Source: the human T2T-CHM13v2.0 reference genome, Homo sapiens. From it: a DNA stretch of 64,000 nt. Position numbers and translations under genes: made by a program. Positions within the stretch are counted from its first letter, which is position 1. Every line of letters begins with the position of its first letter. Positions 30,286 through 43,915 of the stretch are shown piece by piece. The stretch is from NCBI RefSeq assembly GCF_009914755.1, contig NC_060931.1; one strand, written 5' to 3'. The notes below the pieces were generated by a model. That model worked only from the letters and a program-made list of their open reading frames with translations, ran no database searches and was not told where the DNA came from.

Positions 30286-31196
30286 TGACTGACAATTTCT
30301 ATTCAGCAGTAACAGGCAGATGAATTTAAGGAACAGGTAAATATTAATGCTGGTAGAATATGTATGCTAATTTCTATGTATGCTGTGGTAAATTAAAAAA
30401 TATAAATACTATCATATTTCTGATTTGACATTATAATGAGAAATTCAAGTGAATCTTTTCAAAATTAGCTGTTAATTGCCTTTGTATTCCCCTTGCTCAT
30501 GGTAATAACAAATTCATTATTCCAGAGACAGCGAAGATTGTGGGGTCAGAATTTGAACATCTGCTTTAAAATGTCTGTGAAATTCTGTTCCAAGATTTTC
30601 CCTTTCCATTTTTTCCTTTAGACTATTTTTAAAAATATTTATTAGACTTAAAAATTGGCTACACTGTCTGGGAAATCTGGAACCCAGAGATATCAGACAC
30701 TAAAGAAGAAGAGACTAAGCAGTTGGGTGAGAAGTAATTTACATGAACTAGGGCCTCTGTTGGTGTAAACACTGATCTTGCCTGAGTAGGCTTAGCCTCA
30801 AATTTATTCCGTCCTCTTTATTATTTCTTAAATTTAGCAAGACATTTCCCCTAGCTATAACCTAAATCATATTGAATAGGTTATTCTGACTTGAGGTTGT
30901 AAACAGTGGTGCAGCCATAATAGTTTTTTGCAAATTTACTGGATTATGTTTTCATGACCCTTGAGGGAATGTCTTTTGGGCCAGTTAATTTAAGCATTTG
31001 CCATCAGGTTGAAGGAATTCTTTAGGAGCCTTAAAATATTTGGAGGCATTTTCTTTAAGAAAAATTAATCATTTTATCATTTTATTGTAAAGTAATTCGT
31101 GCTGATTGTAGAAAATTTGGAAATGTATATAGAAAGACAAAAAATAAAAATCAGTTATAATTCTACTGTTTAGTAATAATTCTTTAGAAGAGATAT

Positions 31197-31730
31197 TGTT
31201 AGTAACCTATCCAATGGTCATTTCCATTTTTCTCTCCTGTAAAACAACCAGATTTTAAGTGACAATATGCCCAGCCCCAGGAAATGAATCATGATTAGTC
31301 TAAAACAATCATAAGCCATGCCATTATTCTTCCCATGTTTAAGCATGTGACCCACTTCTGCCTGTGAGATTCAGAAGTCTTCTGATGTTTCTGGCATGAT
31401 TTTGCTCCTTAATAACAAGGTTGTATTTTAGGGGAAAGCTTCATTTGCTGACCTCCATTCTACTTTCTTGTTTGAATACAGCCATGTGAGTATGTGAGGC
31501 TTGGAGCTGTGGCAGCTATTTTGCAATCATGAGGCAACAAAAACTATGTTAAGCGCAACATAATGAAAGACTAAACAGAACTTTGATCATTGATAGAGTT
31601 GCACTGTTGAACTAATACTAGTACTGCCTACCTCTAGACTTTTTGTTAAACTAACAGTAAATATCCTTCTGTTTTAAGTAGCTGTTAACTGAGTACTAAT
31701 GATTGACCTTGACTCATTCAAACTGATACA
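31197..31730 (+). mobile_element. Old ERVL/MaLR LTR (LTR33/MLT1J-type)
   Basis: CATGTGACCCACTTCTG...GGAGCTGTGGCAGCTATTTTG...CTACCTCTAGACTT...CTGATACA. Confidence 0.6.
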
Positions 31731-31771
31731 AATATTATGTACATTTTTGATGTATTTTCTTTCAGATATAC

Positions 31772-31923
31772 TTTTTATTTATTTATTAAATTAATTTTTT
31801 TTTTTTTTTTTTTTTTGTACAGACAGGGTCTTGCTTTGCTGCCTAGGCTGGTCTTGAACTCTTGGCTACTGCCTTAGCCTCCCAAAGTGCTGAGATAACA
31901 GGCACGAGCCACTGAGCATGGCC
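31772..31923 (-). mobile_element. FLAM / Alu left monomer
   Basis: Long T tail followed by GACAGGGTCTTGC...CCCAAAGTGCTG...GAGCCACTG...GGCC. Confidence 0.85.
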
Positions 31924-31932
31924 TATAAATAC

Positions 31933-32136
31933 GTTTTTGTTTGTTTGTTTTTTGTTTTTTGAGACAGGGTTAGCTCCGTTGCCCAGGCTGGAGTGCAGTG
32001 GCTTTTTCTCAGCTCACTGCAAACTCCACCTCAACCTCTGGAGTACCTGGGACTATAGGTGCATGACACCACACCCAGCTAATTTTTTTTCTTTCTTTTT
32101 TTTGGTAGAGACAAGGTTTCACCATCTTGCCCAGGT
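31933..32136 (-). mobile_element. 5'-truncated AluJ
   Basis: Right arm plus part of left arm. TSD TATAAATAC at 31924-31932 and 32137-32145. Confidence 0.85.
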
Positions 32137-32348
32137 TATAAATACCTTAAAAAAAGTTAGAGCAAATGTAACACACAGTTTTTATATCCTGTTCTGTCCC
32201 TTTGAATATTTTCCTAAGTCAATAAATATTCTGTGAAAACATAATTTTTAAATATCTGGTCACAATATCCTACCATACTGGTGTATAATTATATTTAACC
32301 ATTCCTTTATGTTGAAAATCTAGGTTGTTCTTCTTTAAAAATACATAA

Positions 32349-32655
<307 letters not shown>

Positions 32656-34719
32656 TACCTTTTACCTATTTTTTGAAAAAACATAATCTGGATTTTTGCT
32701 TTAGGAGATAGTCCTGGAAGTGGACGCTCTGCCCTTTGTTATGTAAGACTATCGCATTGAGGGGGAGGATCTAAGTAGTTTTGATTAATTTGTCTTTTCT
32801 CTTACCTAAACACGTTCACTGCCCACATGCTCCTCTGAGGCAGTGTCCAGTGGCACAGCTCACAAACCTTCACAACCCTCACAATGCAGTTGTCTTTTGT
32901 TTCTACAATACAAGGCAAGGGATGTGGATAATTTTATTTCAGAGGCCTGAATGGTGTTAGTTATTAGAACAGGTGTTCAGAGTTATAGGCTGTGCTGTAG
33001 TGGCAATGAGTGATCCAGATTGACAGTGGCACCCAGGTGTTCTTCAATATGTTTATTTTTTGCTTGTGTTTATGTTATGCAGGACCACTTAAAGGGCAAG
33101 ACCTAAGGCAGAGGTCCCTCTTTCCTGGGTATAAGGGCAGCACTTATTTAAATATGCTTTAACTTCATAAAGACTACTCATTATTTCAAAATGAATACAA
33201 ATGACGATTTTAACCTGTATTTTTGAAGCCAATATTTAACTAAATGAATTTTGTCCATAATCGTATGTGCGTGGAGACACATGGAGTTTGAATTTTTGGT
33301 TTGTCTTTATTTGTGATGATTGATGCCTGCTGTATGTGTTTATTCTACTAAAATGATCATCAGGAATGCATAACGGATTCTCTTGATAGATACAGATATA
33401 TAGCAATTTATACAATTGCGAGTAAATATAAAAGAAAGGCCATTGTGGGTTCAAGCACCAGATGGATTCTATATAAAACCTCAACCCACAAGTGATTTAT
33501 TTTGGAGCGATATAATTACCGAAAGCATAGTGATGTATTCCAATTTCTTTGCTAGGGCTTCAGTTTTCACAGAATTTGTTTAGTCTTTGGTGCTATTACT
33601 CAGTAAATATGATATCATTATCTGTGAAATTGATCCAAATGTTAAGTCTACTATTTAGTATTACTACACATTTTGTATGAAAGTAGAATAACTTTAAATA
33701 ACATTGTAGCTACATAATGGCCTGTGTTGATGGCATTTGCAACTGGCTTGTAGAAAAATCTGCACTCTATGCAAAAATCAACCCCTTCTCTGTTAATATA
33801 TTCTTGCTTGTTAGTTTTGTGGGATAAGTTTGCTGTATTCACTCAGAGCGGAGAAGCAGAGTGTAAAATGAATGGAGCTAGATGAACCAGGAATCACAAA
33901 ACTCGATTTTTAGTTCTAGTTCTGCAACCAATTATGCCTCAACCCTAGTCCCTTTGTCACTCTCATTTATGTGATACAGTAGTTTTCTGGATGATTCCTC
34001 AGGTAACCAGCCTGTGTGAGTAGGGATTTGAGTAGGAGTATGCAATCAGGTTGAGTAATAGACCTGGGTAATGTGGTGCTGAAGTGCTGGTGAAGTCAGG
34101 CAAAGTCATGGCAGGGTTGGTGTTGGCTGTAATCTGCCATCATTATCAGATGTCCTTGTCTGTAAAAGCAGAAAGAAAGAAAGAAAAAAAATTGCCATCA
34201 TTTCAGAAAGGTCACGTCTGTCACCTGTGGGCAATACTGCAAAGAATCCAGTCTGGGGATTTTATTTTTTTTAAATATGTGGAGCAGTCTTTTTATATGT
34301 AAAACAGTTTATTTCTTTTGATATCATGTTACCCATGGCTCTATGATGTAGCATTACTTTGGGTTGGAAGATAGATGAGAAAATTGGTAGGAAAAATGTT
34401 GACTTACTGGAGATGATATAGGAAAATAAAATGGCAACTAAAGCCTCTGGCAGTTCAACAGACTCTTCATTTTGCTGGAGTAGAGACAGCCAGTAAAAAT
34501 GACTTCAGAGCACCCCAAGGAAAATAAGTTAACGAAAACCAACGTGGGTCCTCTGACCACTGGGAAAATGCAGAGGGATGTCAGATAAGATCTAGGCAGT
34601 TTGCTCCTAATAAGTTTATTTGTTAGAGCCAAAGACATAATCATGGTGCCATGATAGGAGAAAAGGCTTTTTTATTTTAGTAGAGATGCACAACACATAC
34701 ACGTTCTCTCTCTGTGTCG

Positions 34720-34881
34720 CTTCCTTCCTTCCTTCCTTCCTTCCTTCCTTCCTTCCTTCCTTCTCTCTCTCTTTCTTTCCTTCCTTCCTTCTTTCTTTCT
34801 TTCTTTCTTTCTTTCTCTTTCTTTCTTTTCTTTTCCTTCCTTCCTTCCTTCCTTCCTTCCTTCCTTCCTTCCTTCCTTCCT

Positions 34882-34969
<88 letters not shown>

Positions 34970-34973
34970 TCCT
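34720..34973. repeat. 254-bp pure pyrimidine compound STR (CCTT)n/(CTTT)n
   Basis: No purine between 34720 and 34973. The final (CTTT) block has about 22 copies. Confidence 0.97.
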
Positions 34974-34994
34974 ACAAATCACACTCAGATAATA

Positions 34995-35225
34995 TGAATA
35001 AACATTTCTGGAGCATTGGTGCATGCCCAGCATTGGGCTAAGTGCTCACACAAGCCCTTTGAAGTAGGCTGCCTTATCCCCACTTTAGAGATTAGGACAC
35101 TGAAGTTTATTTAGGGAGACAAGCTGCTTAAAGACACAATGCTAATGAATTATAAAGTTAGAATTTAAAATCCAGACGTGTTTGACTTCAGGTCTTCAAC
35201 CCTTAACATTTACACATACTGGCTC
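34995..35225 (-). mobile_element. MIR
   Basis: CCCTTTGAAGTAGG...TATCCCCACTTTAGAGAT...GAATTTAAAATCCAGAC. Confidence 0.7.
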
Positions 35226-38062
35226 TATATTTGCCTTTCAGATATTCTGCATTTAAAATGGCATTTTCATCATCATTTTCCATCCCCCTTAGCCTTCTTT
35301 ATTTTTTCTTCATTGTGTTTACCATTATTTTATGCCTTACATTATTACTTTATATTCTTATATATTATATTACTTTACATTATTATATATATTATTGTTT
35401 ACCACTTACCATGATTATATATTTATTGTTAATTGTCCATATTATCAATTATCTCTGCCACATGTTTTGTCCCCTGATATTCCCAGGCTCCTGAACTGTG
35501 AGTGTCTGGCAGTTAGTAAGAGTCCAACACACACTTGCTGAATACACATGCAAATTGTGACTTGTTAAAACGAGTCTTGCTGCAGCTCTTTTCTTTCATA
35601 GTTGGAGATTTTTTTTTCTATGTGCGCTAGCTTCAGCTATTGTAGGATTTTTAAGCTTATAAACTCTAGTTTTAAAGCTAATAGAAGATTGACACCCAGA
35701 GAGAGAGAGAGTAAATGTCAGATAAAATATGTGAAAAACAGAGGCTGGAAAATTTTTCCCGAAGTAGGAACTAATAAGCTGACATTAGTTCAAAACAGTT
35801 CATGGAGTGGATTAAAAAAAAAAATGTGTAAATGATTGTACTTTGGCCAGGGGCACAGAAGGTCACTGTGCTGAAAACAAAATGTTTTGTAAAACTTTTA
35901 TCAGAAAATTGCTTTATCATTTTGAAATTTGAAATGCTATACTTTAGCTTCTGCATTCCACTTCAGAAACAACTATTTTATCTTGCCATTCAGCAATGAT
36001 GTTTGCTTTAGAGCTTTCATTTATGTTGCTTGAAAGATTTTTTTGAAAAAGCTTTGTGCTGCAGCTTCTGGACTCTTCAAGGTGATGAAACAAAAGGTGC
36101 CTGTTTGTGTTTTCAACAGTATTGGAATGAGCCTCAAGGAAATTTAATAATTTAGGTACTATATAAATGCAAGAATAATAACTTTTTTCATTTACTGCTG
36201 TCTGCCCTGGCCTTGAACTTTTAAATCAGTCTGACTCATGTACCCCCAAGTCCTCTGGGAAGTAAAAGCTGCTCTGTTTGCAGTTGTTGTCCTGGATCCC
36301 TCTCTCTGTTCTAGCTCTTACTCCCTGGTACCTCCCGTCTACCACCCCCACTGGGTGTCAGTCCTGCTGACCTTTTGCTTTGTCATCCATTTCTGGTTCC
36401 ATGTTTCACATTTAATTTTATGACTGACTTGAAGGAATTTGGGCTTGTTGCTCTCTGCAGACTTAGCTCACATTAAGTTTCGGGTTCTTCCAGTGTTTAG
36501 TATCTCTGAACATAATTCTTTGTCCCTTTTTCAGTTTCCAAGATCCCAACTTGCCATTGGTAGCCAAGCAGGGCCCATTCAGCTCCTCTCTGAGGAGTAT
36601 TAAGCAATTACTGATCTGGCAGGTTTATGCTTTAATCTAGATACAGAACCATTAACTGTCTGGAAAGGGCCAGGGTGTAGTCTTCCAGATATGAAAAAAT
36701 GCTCAAGCCATTAACCTAGTGAGCTGCTGTAAGAATATAAGATCTGTACTCATACAAAAGACTTCAGGTAAAAGATAGTCTAGAAGGTAGAAAATGTGGC
36801 TCATTTTCTGCTCCCCTGAAGCGTCCAGGACGTTATGCTGCATGGCAAAGCAGGAATATACATTTGCTGAATTGAATTCATCAGAGCAGGTACTCAATTT
36901 TGCCAAGAGATGGCAGATGTGTTCAGACTGTATTTACATAGCTTAGCTATTACATAGTTCTTGAGTTCTCTCTGCTCAAATTCAGGCATAAAAATCAGCT
37001 AGGCTAACCTGATTTTGTGCATGCACTTCAGAGAAGATAGTGGATAAGAAGAATCAACACTGACTCCTGTCAAGGGCTCTGTCACTTTACCATATAACAC
37101 GCAGAGCAAGGTGATCTTTTTTTGGTTGTCATTTGTAGGGCAACAAGGCTTGAGATGAATTCTACAATGTCATACCGTGTCTGTGAAGGAACAGGCTTTT
37201 TAAATCGACAAACATGGATCAAGAAAAAGAAAGGACAGGCAACAACCCATCTTTTACTGTCCCCAGAGAAAGGCTAGTGAGGTCAAGGTACTGGGCTGGA
37301 CCAGCCATGAGCATGTGTTCCAGGGAGGAGATGCTGCCCCTCTGTACCTTGCTCTTCTTAAAGGGCAAGTATAAAAGCAACCTTGCCAGGGTGGGGGAAT
37401 CTATAGTCCACTTGAATATCAAAAAGGCAGGGTTTAGGTGCTGGCTATTGGTAGGCATTTTCTGGGACAGTACTGGAAGTGTTAGGACTCACCAGGAGGT
37501 ATAGTTCTTCTTGCCTTGGGGAGGAAGTAATTGATGTCATAGAAAGCTGAGATTGGGTCCTTTCTCTACCGCTGACAGCCCAAAGTCTCAATTCATTACC
37601 TAGGAAACCCCAGATAATCCTGTCATCATTTTTAGGCAATTCTGCGTGTTACACCAGACCACCTGTTTCAAAATATTAGTAATCATGCTAGTTTAGGCAA
37701 ACTTAAGAGAAGATCAGTAGAATGTTCCGACTTATGAAAGATTGTACAATACAGAGTTTTTTGTTTTATTTTTGTTTTTTTCTTCATTTGTTTTTAGTTC
37801 CATACTTTCTATTGTTCTGTTTACCATGAACAGAAGCCAGGACATGAAAATCACTGTGTGACTTAGGTTCAAGCTACTTTTTTAAATCAAAAGTGAATAT
37901 AGATGGGAAGATGATTACTGGGATATAAATATAATATGTCATTATTGCTGTAGTGGATGTAGCAACTGTGTGGGTCACAAATTGTAAGGTACATAAAGGG
38001 TTGACTATAGCACATATTTTGGGATACATGTTTATTTTCTCTGACAAAGCCGTGGCATGCTG

Positions 38063-38124
38063 CAGTCAGTCAGTCCATCCATCCATCCATCCATCCATCC
38101 ATCCATCCATCCATCCATCCATCC
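38063..38124. repeat. (CAGT)3(TCCA)12 microsatellite
   Basis: Seen directly. Confidence 0.95.
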
Positions 38125-38142
38125 GTCTTTTATATAAAGAAC

Positions 38143-38237
38143 ATCGAGACCAGTCTGGGTAACACAGGGAGACCTCGTCTCTGGAAAAACAAAACAAACA
38201 AAAAAAAAAAAGAAAGAAAGAAAGAAAAAAAAAGAAA
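38143..38237 (+). mobile_element. Short Alu/FLAM 3' fragment with A-rich tail
   Basis: ATCGAGACCAGTCTGGGTAACACAGGGAGACCTCGTCTCT followed by an A-rich tail. Confidence 0.8.
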
Positions 38238-38680
38238 ACTTAAGGGATAGGCTCCCAGCAAAGAAAATCTTAGTCATTCTCTGTGTCAGGTATTTATTGA
38301 GTGGTTCATTTTGAATCCAGCCACAATGGTAATGTCATTTTGTCTCCTGAGTCCAATAACAAAAGATTAAACTGCACAAAGTAAAAAGCCCCAGAAGAAG
38401 GGATTTTCCAAATCAGGGCTTTTCCTCTCTTGTTTTAAGGCAATTTAGGGGTTAAATGTTTCTGCATAGTTTTGGTTTTCTAATTTTGTCATTCTGGTGG
38501 ACGGTCACTACTTTAATTGTATTTCCTGGGAATACATTTAAGTGGCCATGAGCTCAATAAAAGCTTTATTTAAATGTTTCAAAACAAACTTCAATCATAT
38601 TTTTACATGAAGAGACTGTTTTCTTAGCAGTTACTGAGGCTAGGCAATATTATTCCACAAAAGAACTGAATTGCAGATGA

Positions 38681-39037
<357 letters not shown>

Positions 39038-39403
39038 AAATCTTTCTTTTAAAAATAATGCCATATTATTTAGTGAAATGGAACAGACAGCCCATACTCA
39101 GTGTTGTAATATTAAATTATATTAATTGCATGAAGAATAGATGCTGAGTAAATTTTAAATGGGATATACATAAGGGAAAAATAATTGTAAGCTCCTAAAA
39201 TCAGCAGCACAATTTTCAAAAATTCCAGACAATATATTATTTACACATTACTAAAATTCATATGTTTTGGAGATCATGACTAGAGGCCAGTATCAGGAGC
39301 CTTTGGAATTATTTAGGCACAAATTATAGCTTTTCTAACAAACTTTATACAACATGCAGAAATGCTGAATGATTTGAATTTCTCTCTTAAGATTCAGAAA
39401 TAG

Positions 39404-40076
39404 GGCCAAGTATGGTGGCTCACACCTGTAATCCCAGTGCTTTGGGAGGCCAAGGCTTGAAGCTGGGAGTTTAAGACCAGCCTGGGCAACACAGCAAGAT
39501 CCCATCTCCACCAAAAATATAAAAATTAGCCAGGCATGGTGGCATATCTGTAGTCTTAGCTACTCAGGAGGCTGAGACAGATTACTTGAGCCCAGGAATT
39601 CAAGGTTGCACCGAGCTATGATCATACCATTACACTCCAGCCTAAACAACAGAGTGAAACTGTCTAATTTGGTTTGTCTCTGTGTTCCCACCCAAATCTC
39701 ATCTTGAATTGTAATCCGAATTGTAATCCCCATATGTTGAGGAAGGGACCTGGTGGGAGGTGATTGGATCATGGGGGTGGTTTCCCCCATGCTGTTCTGG
39801 TGATAGTGAGTGAGTTCTCAAGATATCTGATAGTTTTAAAAGTGGCACTTCCTCTTTCGCTGTCTCTCTCCTGCTGCCTTGTGAAGAAGATGCCTGCTTC
39901 CCCTTTACCTTCTGCCATGGTTGTAAGTTTCCTGAGGCCTCCCAAGCCATACAGAACTGCAAGTCAATTAAACCTCTTTCCTTTATAAATTACCCAGTCT
40001 CAGGTAATATCTTTATAGCAATGTGAAAATGGACTTATACACTGTCTCTCTAAAAAAAAAAAAAAAAGAATAAAAA
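39404..40076 (+). mobile_element. AluJ interrupted just before its tail by a THE1 LTR
   Basis: Alu body at 39404-39664 resumes CTGTCTCTC plus polyA at 40042. Confidence 0.9.
39665..40041 (+). mobile_element. THE1D-like MaLR solo LTR
   Basis: CCCACCCAAATCTCATCTTGAATTGTAATCC...ATTAAACCTCTTTCCTTTATAAATTACCCAGTCTCAGG...ATACA. Perfect TSD CTGTC. Confidence 0.93.
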
Positions 40077-41839
40077 GGAATAGGCTTGGCATTAATTAGC
40101 AACATGAAAGCTGAGTCTATGCATGCTTAGAATAGAAACAAAATGGATTCAATTCAGTAAAACCACCATAGCTCATTGTTTCTAAAACAACTGACTTTTA
40201 GATTTGAATCTCTCTCTGCTATTTCTTTAAGGTCTGTGTGCTATAATTAATTTAATGTCTTTGATATATTTCACCTAGGCATTTTGTTAACATGTTGTGT
40301 AATGTTCGGTTCTACTTTCGTGCTTGCAGCATGTGGCAGTTAGAAAAGGCAGATGCCTCGCTCACTGCTTTGCCATCCCTGCTGTCAGGAGTTGGCTGTG
40401 TGAATGTTCAGGCCAAGCTTCCTTTATCGGAATTATGACAAGCAGCTGGGCATTTGCCTATCAGCCCATCTGCCAACTCCCAGCAAAATCACACAAGCGT
40501 TTTCTAGGCCAATGCTGAGGCCAGGACTAAGATAATGAGCTCAGATAATGAGGTACCACTTCACCTCAGATCTCTTAGTTTCACAATGACGTTGTGATAA
40601 GGAAGTCCCTATTTTGGCCTAATGAAATTTTTGCTTATAAAATTAAGGGCAGAGAAATTCTCCAAGGAAAATTTTTAAATTTGAAAATTAAAAAGAATTT
40701 AATTAAAGAACATTTTTAAGAAGTTGAAAGAGTCTTACAGAGATATAACAATCTCCATATTAGAAAGGAAGATTAATGATCATTTGGTTCAACCTGTCTG
40801 ATGTATAAATCACTTCTAGAGCATTCCTGACAAGTGTTATCTTGTCTCAGCCTTAAACACTCCAGTGACAGAAACACAGTAGTAATTCCTATTTGATAGA
40901 GGCATATTTGGAAAAGCAAGTAATCAGAATGGAAATAACCATTTCAAAAAATGTTCCAGGAGAAAGGGGTATAGGAAGTTGATCACCACTCCCATTTTAC
41001 TCTTGATGATTTAGTAAATGCTCCTCTTTTTTTGATGTGTTTGTCTTAAGGAGGGAGTGGGTCACAGTGAGTTTAGAGGCATTCTGGAAGGAAGGTGGTC
41101 TAAGGTTACCAAGAGCTTCTTTTTGAGATTCAAAATTCGAAGCATTTTTAAAAAATATGGATTCCAATGGCTTTAATCAAGACCTAGGGATAGAACATGG
41201 CAATAATCCTCCTGGAAAAAAATACTGTGGTGGAAAGAGCTGGCACCTGCTTGCTGGTGGGGGTGGAAGCTACGAATGGTTACCCTGGGTCTGGGAGGTC
41301 TGTATTCTAGAACTTGTTTCTGATGAACATTAGAATCAAGAGGAAAGGACTTTCTCCAATCTGGGTATTACAGAGTTGAGTACATGATGGAATATATCTG
41401 GCAACAGGCTGGGAAAGAGGGAGTGAAAAACACTGTTTGCACCCAAGCTGGAAGTATCTAAACTCTGGTTACATTTACATTAAGTCCTTGTTCTATGTTG
41501 AGTCCACAAAGATCTGTGCGCATAATGGCAACCACTTAAGAATCTTACAATGGCTCTACACCGCCTTTTCCTGTTCATTCTAAACCTTCTCAACTCTTCC
41601 TCTAAGGACATACTTTCCAGGAAGTAGTATCCTTAGTGGATAGTTACTCCTGCTCTAACCTTACTCCTTCTTCTATTAAACCTTTGCTTAAATATCCTAA
41701 TTCAATACTTAAAATCCTTACTTAAATATTATTCTAGAGTTCAAATCACAATGTGTGAAAAAATATCTTTTGATCACTTGGGACATATGGAATGGGATTA
41801 GGGAAAATGTCATTTTATTTGTATTCCAGCTTGCCTAAT

Positions 41840-42350
41840 GAAGTACATGCTGTTACTGCCCCACCCATATCCCTTGGCACTCTTTTCCAGTTCGTGTCTA
41901 AGCCTTCCTTCTGCAAACAGCTGCAACTTTTATCCAAGGGTTTTCCCTCAGCCCAGGTTTGATCAGAATAGAAATGCTGAAAGCTTATGTTCTCTGGGAA
42001 CAACACTTAGCCACTGCTGATTGGAGCTGGAGTCTAAAAACTCCAGCTTCCTCTCTGTCACTGAGGGCATAATTTGGGGTTAGGTTTCACAATGTCTGCT
42101 GAAGTCCCCCAGCAGGACTGAGCCAAAGGTGCCTATATGGTGACTTGCTGGATAATGCTCCTTTATTGGCCTCATTTCAATCTACTCACTCCCTGACCAG
42201 TGTTTCCTGGTACACCTCCAAATTAACTGTTTGTAAATAAGGGTACATGCACTGTATGTAAATTAACTGTATGTAAATCCAAATTAACTGTATGTAAATA
42301 AGGGTACATTCTTGTTTCAGGTTCTGTTTCTGGAGGAGTCCATACAAACA
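41840..42350 (+). mobile_element. LTR16-type solo LTR
   Basis: CCCCAGCAGGACTGAGCC...CTCACTCCCTGACCAGTGTTTCCTGG...TCAGGTTCTGTTTCTGG. Confidence 0.65.
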
Positions 42351-42694
42351 TACCTAGAGTAGTTCTTGAAAACATTAGGGAATGTGGATATTTATTTATC
42401 AGAAATACCCCTTCCTCTCCTATAGCCAGAAGGGATTATGTGTTATATGTTTGTACCTATTTGCAGTCGTTTGTAGATTCTGGCTAAAATGTATGTGCAA
42501 AATATCAAAGATGGGTACATGCCTCAAGAAAAGTTTGATGTTAGTTAAAACCAAAGAGGTTTAGAAATCTACTAAAAATTCTATAGAGACAAAGAGAATT
42601 ACTGCTTGGTTCTTGTGGTATGGAATGATATTACTTTATGAAGGTTTAATCTGCATTTTGGTTTTCTTAAGGTGTGGATAACTGAGAGTCAACA

Positions 42695-43040
42695 CTCATT
42701 TAGAAAATATTTATGGAGTGCTTAGTATGTGCTAGGTGGGGAGTGTGGAGCACCAATATTGACATGACATTATTCTTGTCCTAAAGATGTTCATGGTATA
42801 GTGGGGAGACAAGTAATTGCAATCCAAATTAAAAATATACACTAAATGCCTTGAGAACATAGGAAGAAAACACTTAGCTCTAACAGGAAAGATAGCTTGT
42901 TTGGAGACTTAAAGTAAGACTAGGGATTGGCTAAGTAGATAAGGGAAGAGTAAACAGTCATTATAAGTAGAAGAAATAACTTCTCTGGGAAGGTGGGCGT
43001 GGGAGAATGGGATATGTTTGTGGAATAGCACATACTTCAT
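42695..43040 (-). mobile_element. L2 3' end
   Basis: CATTTAGAAAATATTTATGGAGTGCTTAGTATGTGCTAGG...GTCCTAAAGATGTTCATGG. Confidence 0.65.
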
Positions 43041-43420
43041 TATAACCAGAGGGTAATATCTCAATCCTGGTTACAAAAGGGTAAGGTGTGATCTGCTAGG
43101 GAAACGTGGACATGTTTGGTCTATAAAATACAGGAGAATTTTATCCTAGGGCTTCTGATTGAATGTCTATAACCAAAGAGGTGGGATGAAAGGATAACTA
43201 GGGAGAAAATTAGATCATATCGAGCTATGGGATAGGGTGGAAATATGAAAAACAAGTGTGCAGTGATGTAATACTCAAAAGTTAAGGAAAGATAATCATT
43301 GGAACATTAAAGTAAATTACATTAAATAGTTAAGAAACTAAATTTCTGGAAACTGAGCAAGTAGCTCACATTTGTTTTAAGCAGAAATTACTTGTATTAC
43401 TTGGGTGGTTTTGATTCTCC

Positions 43421-43915
43421 TGTCAGTCATAATTGCATTTGACTCCATTTAACAGAATCCCAAACAAATACGTGGTTTATTTCACAAAAAAAAACAGAGA
43501 CTGGTGCTTTCAGATCCGATCTAGTGAAGGTGTTCAAGAAACCAGGCTTTTTCTGGCTTCCTGTTTCATTATCCACTGTGCCTAACCTGTGATCACAAGA
43601 TGGCTGCCATGCTTCCGTTTATCTAATTTGCATTGACAGAAAGAATAATGGAGAAAAGTGACAGGCAAAAAGGCACATGCAAGATTAGTATAGTCAATAT
43701 TTTATTTGTACACAGTAGTTTTTCCAGATCTCCTGCCTAGTGGCCTTCAATTTCCTTATAATTGACCATAATGGTGTCACATGGCTATCCTCACCTTAAG
43801 GAAATCTCAGAAATTGAGATTTTAACTGGGCACATCTCTACCCCCAAATAAATGGAAGTTCTGTTACTTAGAAAGAATAGCAAAATGCTATTGGAGGAAA
43901 GCCAGAAATGCCTGT
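43421..43915 (-). mobile_element. Old MLT1 (K/L-type) LTR
   Basis: TGTCAGTC...CACAAGATGGCTGCC...GTCACATGGC...CTGGGCACATC...GTTCTGTTACT. Confidence 0.6.

Noticed and set aside
34677-35033. KERK- and SFFL-repeat ORFs
   Set aside because: They are translations of the CTTT/CCTT microsatellite.
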